Origin: Chiloscyllium plagiosum
Lineage: Eukaryota
Direction: 5' to 3'
Length of the DNA: 56,470 bases
Assembly (NCBI RefSeq): GCF_004010195.1
Contig: NC_057751.1
Span: 1,255,141-1,311,610 of the forward strand
Each line of letters opens with the position of its first letter. Position 1 is the stretch's first letter. The notes beneath the pieces are model-generated. The model searched no databases. It saw only the letters and a list, made by a program, of their open reading frames with translations, and was not told where the DNA came from. Below, piece by piece: positions 47,401-56,470 of this stretch. The translations under genes were made by a program, and so were the position numbers.

Positions 47401-48935
47401 CCTAAAGACCTGTCATCGTCTGCAGAGCTCCCAGAGACTTTGCCACCAGTGAGGTGTTGAGCATTTGGTGATGTCCTTGCTGTGGGATCTGTCTTGTTGG
47501 ACCATGATGTTGTGTTGTTTGGTCGAGGGGTAAATGTTGGCCTCAGGACAGTCCTCCTTCGGATATAGTCATGGGATCTTTTCCAAACCCCCCCCGAGAG
47601 GGACAGACACAGCCTCAGGTGAATGTCACATCAGAAACAGCAACACTCACTGAGCCAGGCTGAGCTGCTTCATCACTGAGTGCTTGGCACAGAGCTGGGG
47701 AGACAGTCACATAAAGGGTTAAAGCAGGATCTCACAGGGTATACTTTCTAAAAGCGTGTGGGAACAAGGGGTTTTTAAATGGCACTGGTAATGTCTGCAG
47801 GCCACGAGCTATAGGTGTTGGAATGCATTTGGCAGTGGAAGAAAGTATAACACGGGCTGGTTCAAACTGGGAGACACCGTGGAAATGTGGTTTGAATTAA
47901 TGCAGAGGCCCAGCTTGAGGGCAGGATAGGGAATATCAGAGAGTCCAGAGGCCGGGCTGTATGTAGGAGATACACTAAGGGAGGGAGAACCTGCCAGATT
48001 GTTCCCAATAAAACGTGACTCCCCGCCCATTTGCTTCTCTGCTTTCTGAAGAAAGCCTGAATCCGATTGTCAAAGTGTACGTGAGATGCTTTCACAGTGA
48101 GCCAGGCCAGGGCCCAAGGAGTTTCATAACTCCACAGACAGAGCTGCTGAACAGAGCCAGGATCTCCCCACACCGTGCCTTCTGTGATTCAGCACCTCCC
48201 TGTTCACAGCCAGGGGTCAGGGCACATACAGAAACTCCTGTTCTCGACACTCTGCCCAAATACTTCCCAGACTGGGGCCAGGCACCCTGGGGTCTCTGCT
48301 CAGAGCCGCTGAAGCCACAAAGCCCTGGGTGAGACCCCAGTGTGAGCCATGTGACAGTGCTCCCTACCAACATCCTGCCTGTCCAACTGGAGCTCGGTAA
48401 ATGGGCTAGTCCTGGTGTCGTTTGGCACTGTGCTGTCAGCCAGTTTACTGAGCCTCGGGAAATTCAGGGGAAGCCTCTAGGGTACAGCTGTAAATACAAA
48501 GACAGGACGTGGTGTTGGTCGACAGGGTTAGCTTGTTTTCAGCCTCGTTATTTTTGAGTGAGAACGACATTGGAAAAGGGCAGTATTCAGTCAGGCTGTG
48601 CTGGCTGTGGGAGGCTGTGTGATATGGGGAAGGACACTATGACAGACCCCACTACCCCGTTGGATAACAGCATGAGCCTGGTGTCTGCTCTGTCAAGGTG
48701 CAACCCCAGGGAAACAGCCGTGCCCTGAGACCCTTGTTCCCTCAGCCTTCCTGGAGCACCGTGTTAGGGTGAGATTGTAATTTGCAGTTGAGTGTTGTGA
48801 GGGCAGGCTGCAGCACACTGACAGTGAAAGCTGAGAGCCAGGGACTACCCTGAACTCCATGGTAAGGCAGAAGGTCGAGCTGTGTGGGTAAAGGGATCCC
48901 CCTGCTGTCCAGTCCTGCCATTGCCCAGCACACAC

Positions 48936-48964
<29 letters not shown>

Positions 48965-48971
<7 letters not shown>

Positions 48972-49712
48972 GTGTAAAAATATTGCCTCTTGCATCTCTT
49001 TTAAACTTTCCCCCTTTCACCTTAAACCTACTTCCTCTTGTAACTGATATTTCTACTTTGGGAAAAAGACTCTGATTATCCATTTTATCCACGCATCTCA
49101 CAATTTTGTAAACTTCAGCCAGTGCCATGTTCAAGTGAAAACAAACTATGTTTGTCCAATCTCTCCTCATAGCTAACACCCCAAACCAGGCAATATCCTC
49201 ATAAACATTTTCTGTATGCTTTCCAAAGACCCCACATCCTTCTCGTGATGTGACGACCAGATCAATATTCCAAATGTGGCCTAACTGAAGTTCTACAATA
49301 GCTGCAACATGACTTGCTAATTTCCACACTCCATGCTGTGACTGATGAAGGCAGCCATGCCCTACACCTTCCTGAACACCTTATCCCCTTGTGTTGCCAC
49401 CTTCAGGGAACCATGGACCTGTCTACCTCGATCCCTCTGTATGTTGATACTACTAAGAGTTCTGCCATTTATGGTAAACCTCCCTTCTGTATTTAACCTG
49501 ACAAAATCCATCACCTTGCATTTGTCTATATTAAACTCCAACTGCCATTTCTCTGCCCAAGTGTCCAGGCTGTCTGAATCCTCTGGCAATCCTCCTCACT
49601 ATCAGCAGCTCCCCATTCTCTGTATAATCCACAAACTTACAAACCAGACCATCTGCAATCTTCACCCAATCATTTCGATGTGTTTCAACAATAGGGGTCC
49701 CAGCACTGGTCA
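48965..49712 (-). mobile_element. CR1 LINE RT fragment (intronic, antisense)
   Basis: The - strand encodes WAEKWQLEFNIDKCKVM and EVYKIVR. Confidence 0.83.
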
Positions 49713-49766
49713 CTGAGCAGGATCGCGTTTGTATTGTCACACAGGATGTTGTTCTCTCTCTGCTAG

Positions 49767-49965
49767 GTGGCCTCGTACTCTGGCTGGGATAACTGTCTAT
49801 CAGCCGTGCCTGCAGTATCCCTATCCTTCCAGCTCTGTCAACGGAGTCTCCCTGGAGAAGAGGACTTCCCGGAAATGCCAGCGCTCAGGCCAGTGGGAGG
49901 AGGCGGATTATTCCGAGTGTCTCTACACCAATGACTACACCCGGGTCCTGTACACCTTCATCCTG
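49767..49965 (+). CDS. ADGRA2: ADGRA2 hormone-binding domain exon (putative exon 9)
   Basis: ctctctgctag|G TGG CCT CGT...ATC CTG|gtgagt, 199 bp. It encodes [19 protein letters not shown]...[31 protein letters not shown]. Confidence 0.95.
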
Positions 49966-51295
49966 GTGAGTCAGCCCAGGCGTGCGAGAGCTGCTGCTCA
50001 GCTCAGACTATTCCCCTGTCACCAGCTAGTGGATACCTGTCTGCCCTGAAACAAGAAAGTCCAGTCACTGCTGTTGTCATCGGCGTGCACCCTTCCAGCT
50101 GCTGTCTTTGTGGAGACAACAGCAGCTGGAGTCCTTTACAGCTGCTGCACCATTCAGTGACAAACCAGAGACCTCCAGTCTTCAGGGAGGGTTCCCCACC
50201 TGCCTTGCTGTGTTCTTCCAGCCTCCTGTTTGATTACCTTGGAATTCCAGCATCGGCAGTTCTCTGCTCTTTGCCCTGGCACCTTCCCCCCCCACACCCA
50301 CTCGCCTGCCCCTGAGAACCTTTGACCCACTCGTTTACCCAAAACTCAATGAGATCTGCCTGAAGCCCACTGGATCAGCCTGCTGCCTGGGGAAACAAGC
50401 TGAGCAGACTCACCACCCTCTCAGAGCAAACGCTGGCTTCCTGAACAGGAGACCCTTCATTTTGAAAGCTTGCCCCCTCGTTCTAGCCCCAGCTCCAAGA
50501 GGAAATGTCCTTCCAGCATCGTCTGTATGCCTTGGCTTTGGGTTCAGTCAGGTTAGCTCTTGTTCTGTGGAACCCCAATGGGTGCAGGTTCGATCTGACC
50601 CAGCTGTCCTCAGACAAGAAGGTCCTTTTCCCTGGAATGAGATGGTGGGACCTTTGCTGCATAGTTTTGAACAGCCTCCTGTCTCCTGTCCTTTCTTAAA
50701 GAAGGTGACATCAACTGCACACACTCACGTGATTCCACCAAGTCTGACAGAGTGAATTATCCCTTCCCCTCCAATTTTCTCAGCATTCCCAACCACCTGC
50801 ACGTTGTCTGGTTTGGGATTGGTCTCCTATGGCCCTCCCCTTCTACTCCGCAATTCTGGAATCTCTCCTCCTGCCAAGTTTGCAATTTCCCCACCCTGTA
50901 GTCCAGCTGCTAACTTCCTGGCCGGTCTCGATGCCTGTGTAGACTCCTTGCTGCTCCTCTGAACCAACTGGACAGCAGCAGACTGACCAATCCCACCCAT
51001 TGGGTTCATCCAGCCCATTCACCGAGCGACTGTACTGACCTCATGTCTGATGGAGATGGGATGGGATGGGATGGAACGGGTTGATGAGCAGCTTGATGGC
51101 ACTTTATGGTGGATATCTGTGTTGAAATTGATCGATTACCTGTGTACCTGAGAATGTGCTGGACACTGTGATGGAATATTCATGATCTTTTCACATTTCA
51201 GGCTGGATATTTGGATGCATGACCTCTGTCTCACTCTCTCTCTCTCTCTCTCTCTTTCCCCCCCCCACCCCTCCCCGTGCATGGGTGGTCTGCAG

Positions 51296-51445
51296 ATGCC
51301 CATTAACAGTTCCAATGCCCTCACCCTTGCTCATCAGTTGCTGGCCTACACAGTGGAAGCTGCCAATTTCTGTGATATGATGGATGTCATTTACGTGGCT
51401 CAGATGATTGAGAAATTCATCAGCTTCACCGCTGAGATCCATGAT
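51296..51445 (+). CDS. ADGRA2: ADGRA2 GAIN-region exon (putative exon 10)
   Basis: tctgcag|ATG CCC ATT AAC...CAT GAT|gtaatg, 150 bp. It encodes [50 protein letters not shown]. Confidence 0.94.
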
Positions 51446-51649
51446 GTAATGTATCAGTTTCTTTCTGTTTGACTGCGTGCTCCTCCTGCCTCCGGATGTG
51501 TGGACCAGCCTTTGTGCTGACCCTAACCCCACACTCGGGACGTGTAATGTTGTTGTGTCAGCTTCAATCTGTTTGAACGGCAGCCGGCGTATTTAGAACC
51601 AACCGTACAGCACAAGGGAGCACTGCTCAAATCAGCCACTGAACTGTGG

Positions 51650-52075
51650 ATGCTGGAAATATCCCCAGGGCCCCTTCCCCTGTAACACCTACCCATTTCA
51701 GTGTCCAAGGGTCCAAACACACCTGACCTGCCCTTCCCCCAATCTAGTTTACTGCATTCACTGCTCACAATGTGGTCTCCCCTCCAGTGGGAACTGTTTC
51801 TCAGAATACCTACGTTCTGTCCCGGGGAGGAACAACCCGAGCTTCCAGATGTATGCCACTTGAGTACACCACCCTGCTCCCTGGTCAACATCTCTGTCTC
51901 CAGCAAACAAAGACCTGTGTCTTCCCTTTCCCCACCACCCTGCACATCTCCCATCCTCTCCCCAGCTGCTGTCAGTTCTGAGGAAGGGTCACTGCACCTG
52001 AAACCTCAACTCTGATTCTCTCCACAGATGCTGCCAGACCTGCTGAGTTGCTCCAGCAACTTCTGTTTTTGTCCT
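51650..52075 (+). mobile_element. Degenerate Penelope 3' fragment with decayed hammerhead-like motif
   Basis: agtt-CTGAGGA-A-GGGTC-ACTG-CACCT-GAAA-CCTC-aact at about 51964-52001, followed by gatgctgccagacctgctgag as in the 9475-9560 arm. Confidence 0.7.
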
Positions 52076-52516
52076 GGAAGGACAGGATCCAGTTCTATTC
52101 ACAGTGCCCTGTGCTGATTCGATCCCATTCAGGTCACAGTGCTGACTGGACCAAGGTGTGAGTGCCAGGCAGAATTGTCGGACTGTTAGGGTCAAGGTGA
52201 TGGAAGGGTCTGGGAGACAGATCTGTTTCTCCATATTCCAGGGAGATGTGATGGGGGATTGGAGCAGGGTCCTGTTGCAGTGAGAAGGATTGAGCTAGCC
52301 TGAGGGACGATCGAATGGACACTGGGACGGGTCAGCCTGGGGGTTTCTGGATGGTGTCACAGTGTGAATGCTGTTTCATCACCTTGCCACTCTCCTGTAT
52401 GAGGGACCAGCTGCTGGTGGATGTGAAATTCCCATTCCAATAGAAACACTGACCATCCCCACCCTCTCTCTCTCTCTCTCTCTCGGCCCTCCCTCCCTCC
52501 CTCCTCCCCCCTGCAG

Positions 52517-52678
52517 CTCAGTGACCTGGTTGTGGAAATGGCCAGTAATATGATGTTGGTGGATGAACATGTTCTGTGGATGGCACAGCAGGACAGTGCT
52601 GCCTGTTCCAGGATTGTCCGATCGGTGGAACACATCGCTGTCCTCACCCTGGCGTCGGATTCCCAGGCCATCACCAAG
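52517..52678 (+). CDS. ADGRA2: ADGRA2 GAIN-region exon (putative exon 11)
   Basis: ccccctgcag|CTC AGT GAC CTG...ACC AAG|gtaacg, 162 bp. It encodes LSDLVVEMASNMMLVDEHVLWMAQQDSAACSRIVRSVEHIAVLTLASDSQAITK. Confidence 0.94.
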
Positions 52679-53203
52679 GTAACGCTCCGGGAAACTCTCC
52701 ATCCATCCCAGGCTCTTAGGCTCCCTGTCCAACCCCCCCTCCACCCCTATCTCTCTGCTCTCACTCTCTTCTGCTCTCTCTCTCTCTCCTGGATCAATCT
52801 CTTTCTTCCCTGGTCTCCCACTCCCTCTGAGCACTCTCTGTGGTCCCTTGCCCACAGCCAGCTGCCAGGGGGCATCTGGGTTGAAGAGGCCGTCTGTGCT
52901 TCACACCGACAGGGAGATGCAGCAAGATCCCACACTGCAGGCACTCCATCTCCACGGGGCACAGGGAGATCCCATCACTGTGGGAACCTTGCCTCACCGA
53001 GTAGCTTGCTGCTGACAGGAGGATGTGATGTTTAGGTGGGGGAGGTGTGTGATGGACAATCCCTGTGAGAGATTGGGATTTGGGGAAGTGGCGCTGGGGT
53101 TGGGATGGAAATGGAGGAGTTGTGTTTGGGATGAGATGACAATGGGGTTTGGGGCTGACCTTCAGAGATTTCAGCACAGTCAGCTCGGACTGTCTCCCCA
53201 CAG

Positions 53204-53395
53204 GTTTCTACAAACATTGCAGTGGAAGCGTTCCTGGTGAAGCCAGCCGGATACATGGGTCTCAGTTGCACAGCATTCCAGAGGGAGCACCCATTCCCCA
53301 ACAGGGAAGGCCAGGTGCATGGTACCAGACCACAACTCAGCTTCCGCTGTAACACTGGGAACCTCACCGGCTCGCTGAGAAACTTCCCCGTCAAG
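53204..53395 (+). CDS. ADGRA2: ADGRA2 GAIN-region exon (putative exon 12)
   Basis: ctccccacag|GTT TCT ACA AAC ATT GCA...GTC AAG|gtaagg, 192 bp. It encodes [64 protein letters not shown]. Confidence 0.93.
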
Positions 53396-53437
53396 GTAAG
53401 GAGCTCGATGTTTCTGACTGGCACACAGGGTCACTGT

Positions 53438-54086
53438 CTGTGTGTGTTAGTCTGTGCCCTTTGTGTGTCTGTGTGTGTCAGTCTGTGCCCGGTGTGTGTG
53501 TGCGTGTCAGTCTGTGCCGTGTGTGTGTGCGTGTGTGTGTGTGTGTGTGCGTGCGTGCGTGCGCCCTGTGTGTGTGTGTGTGTNNNNNNNNNNNNNNNNN
53601 NNNNNNNNNNNNNNNNNNNNNNNNNNNNNNNNNNNNNNNNNNNNNNNNNNNNNNNNNNNNNNNNNNNNNNNNNNNNNNNNNNNNNNNNNNNNNNNNNNNN
53701 NNNNNNNNNNNNNNNNNNNNNNNNNNNNNNNNNNNNNNNNNNNNNNNNNNNNNNNNNNNNNNNNNNNNNNNNNNNNNNNNNNNNNNNNNNNNNNNNNNNN
53801 NNNNNNNNNNNNNNNNNNNNNNNNNNNNNNNNNNNNNNNNNNNNNNNNNNNNNNNNNNNNNNNNNNNNNNNNNNNNNNNNNNNNNNNNNNNNNNNNNNNN
53901 NNNNNNNNNNNNNNNNNNNNNNNNNNNNNNNNNNNNNNNNNNNNNNNNNNNNNNNNNNNNNNNNNNNNNNNNNNNNNNNNNNNNNNNNNNNNNNNNNNNN
54001 NNNNNNNNNNNNNNNNNNNNNNNNNNNNNNNNNNNNNNNNNNNNNNNNNNNNNNNNNNNNNNNNNNNNNNNNNNNNNNNNNNNNNN

Positions 54087-54133
<47 letters not shown>

Positions 54134-54400
54134 AGTCTGTGTGTCAGTCTGTGCCATGTGTGTATGTGTCAGTGTGTGTGTGTCTGTGTGTCAGTCTGTA
54201 CCCGGTGTGTGTCAGTCTGTGCCCGGTGTGTGTGTGTGTCAGTCTGTGCCATGTGTGTATGTGTCAGTGTGTGTGTGTCTGTGTGTCAGTCTGTACCCGG
54301 TGTGTGTCAGTCTGTGCCCGGTGTGTGTGTGTGTCTGTCTGTCTGTGCGCGTCAGTGTGTGCGTGTCAGTGTCGGGGCGGGCTGAGGGTGTGAGTGTGTG
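53438..54400. repeat. GT-rich compound microsatellite (gtgtgtcagtctgt units) spanning a gap
   Basis: Seen directly on both sides of the 503-N gap. Confidence 0.92.
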
Positions 54401-54440
54401 CCCGGGGTTGTAACTCCTTTTCTTCTCTCTCTCCCTCCAG

Positions 54441-54648
54441 AACAGCATTGCTTTGGCCTCAGTGCAGTTGCCTCTATCCCTATTTTCCCAGTCGGCCCCT
54501 GGCCCCGGTGGGAACAGCTCCAGTTGCCGGCTGCAGTTTGTGGTGTTCCGTAATGGGAAGCTGTTCCCCAGCACCGGGAACTCGAGTAACCTCGCTGACC
54601 AGAGTAGGCAGAGGAGTCCCTCCACACCAGTCATCTTCACCGGGACAG
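54441..54648 (+). CDS. ADGRA2: ADGRA2 GAIN-region exon (putative exon 13); gene continues beyond the window
   Basis: ctccctccag|AAC AGC ATT GCT TTG GCC...GGG ACA G|gtgagc, 208 bp. It encodes NSIALASVQLPLSLFSQ...CRLQFVVFRNGKLFPSTGNSSNLADQSRQRSPSTPVIFTGT. Confidence 0.93.
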
Positions 54649-56199
54649 GTGAGCCGCTCCGGGTACAGCTGAATAACAGGCAGACCAGCGGCTTGGCTTT
54701 GGGGACGTGATGGCCCATGTGAGCACTGACTGACTGGACAGACCGAGTCTGGCAGGGACACCACGACAGAGAGAGAGAGAGAGAGAAGGAGAGGGTGAGC
54801 GTGTATCTGGGGCAGGCAGCAAGGGGAGCTCTGAGTCCACAGCTGTTCTCAGACGCCCTGTTTCCCTGGCAAGCTGGGTCCTCCTGGGCCTGACAGCGAT
54901 ACCGCTCAGGGGCAGGAAGGCCTGACTTGGAGGAAGATCTGCCAGCCACAGGCACTGAGGGATCAGGCTCCATGTCTGTGAATGAGCAAGTTCAGGAGTG
55001 CAGCCCAAACCTCCAATGTTCAGCCAATCTGCCAGGCGGGAGGTGAGCACACTGTGTTCCAGGAGGACTTCTCCCTCACCTACTCTTCTGGCTCAGTCCC
55101 AATGATAGGAGGAGGGCTGAATGGCCTCCTCCTGTTATGATATTCCAACAGCCTGTCGGACCCAAGATGGTTACTGAGGGTCTTGGTGCCAAGATTGAGA
55201 GGGCTGTGGACACGTCTAACTGAGGCCTGCTCATGTGGGAGGGCTCTCTCTCACACTGTGACCCCAGGAAGTGTGTGAACTGACTGAGTCAGACTGTCCT
55301 GAGCAATGCCAGCCATCAGCCCTGGCCTCCACTGGTCTGAGCAAAGAGGTCAGTTGAACTTGGCTCGCAGTGACAGACTGCTCCAACAGGCTGGATGTCG
55401 TGGAGAGCCAGCCTCATGGTGCCCCCTCCTTGGGCATTGAAGAAGCTGATGGAAGGAACGGAAGCTGGAGAGGGGCTGAGATCCCATGTAGCCCAGCGAT
55501 AGTGTGGGAAGGTCAATCACAAGGAGTCAGGTACAGTGAGGAATGCAGCACCAAACTGACAGAGGGAGAAAGAGAACTGACATATCAAGGGGGTCACCAT
55601 TGTTCTAATGTAGGAATCTTGGTAGATGAACTGTGCACAGCAAGATCCCAATGTGATTACGGAGTGAGTTCAGCTGCTAATTGGTGTGAGGAGTACTGTT
55701 GGGAAGTTTAAGGGGGTGAAACAGACAGAAAACACCATGTCATGTCCACTTTCATATCCCCTACCTGCCTTAGTCCTTCTCCCTCTCAGGAAGGGCCTCT
55801 GGGGTTGAGAAGCAGAGAAGAGAAGGAGACATGACATCCTGTGGATAAGGGTGTAAGATCAAGTAGGCACAGACAGGCGGGCACTTTCACAAGGAAGCAG
55901 GGAGAGACATCGGCTTTTTCACCCAGGCTGAAAAATGTGGTGGAGGCATCACACGGGACAGGATGGTTATTCAGACAGAGGGAGACAGTGTACAGGCTCG
56001 AATAAACCCATGCAGAGAACCGGAATCAGCATGATGAACTGAATGGCCTCATTCTCCTGGACTTGGAGGAGGAGGGGTGGTCTCGGTGATACTTGCTGGG
56101 CTTTCTGCTCTGACACCCTGCAGTAATCTGAGTTAGCTTGGATTCCCAGGGTAACCTACAAAATGCTTGGAGGAACATGCAATGTCAGGCTCTCAGCAA

Positions 56200-56470
56200 G
56201 ATGGTAGAAACCCTCTGGGTGAAAAAGTTGCCCCTTAGGTCTCTTTTATATCTTTCCCCTCTCACCCTAAGACTATGCCCTCTAATTCTGGACTCCCCCA
56301 CCCTAGGGAAAAGACTTTGTCCATTTACCCTATCCATGCCCCTCATGATTTTATAAACCTTTATAAGGTCACCCCTCAGCCTCCGATGCTCCAGGGAAAA
56401 CAGCCCCAGCCTATTCAGCCTCTCCCTGTAGCTCAAATCCTCCAACTCTGGCAACATCCTTGTAAATCTT
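56200..56470 (-). mobile_element. CR1 LINE RT fragment (intronic, antisense)
   Basis: The - strand encodes LSYRERLNRLGLFSLEHRRLRGDLIKVYKIMRG...NFFTQRV. Confidence 0.88.

Noticed and set aside
53440..54413. Cys/Val-rich ORFs of about 320 aa
   Set aside because: They are translations of (GT)n microsatellite and N runs within an intron.
44071..54648. Assignment to ADGRA3 (GPR125) rather than ADGRA2
   Set aside because: LIPSLRQVVFQGDRLPF, ASGEWEC and [28 protein letters not shown] fit the recalled GPR124 better than GPR125 (TPSHRQVVFEGDSLPF, STGNWGC). A phylogeny would be decisive.

Overview
Eukaryotic, repeat-rich vertebrate genomic DNA. The repeat content (HE1-type tRNA-derived SINEs, CR1/HER1-type LINEs, Penelope elements) points to a cartilaginous fish, most likely a shark. 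The window holds an internal part of one protein-coding gene, the adhesion GPCR ADGRA2 (GPR124/TEM5). Seven exons (Ig, hormone-binding and GAIN-region) lie on the + strand at 44071-54648. The LRR and LRRCT exons that must precede them lie on the - strand at 4882-11132. That block (2898-41159) is bounded by the only two gaps of exactly 500 N, so it is most likely a mis-oriented scaffold piece, or less likely a real inversion. One 72-bp LRR exon is present twice in tandem with intact splice sites, separated by an expanded 43-bp minisatellite. The introns contain several Penelope-derived elements with minimal hammerhead-ribozyme cores, including two small hairpin-shaped insertions with target-site duplications and back-to-back ribozymes. 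The rest is LINE/SINE fragments, minisatellites and microsatellites. I found no CRISPR array, rRNA, genuine tRNA gene or prokaryotic system. Exon numbers are inferred from the vertebrate ADGRA2 layout recalled from memory; no database search was run.
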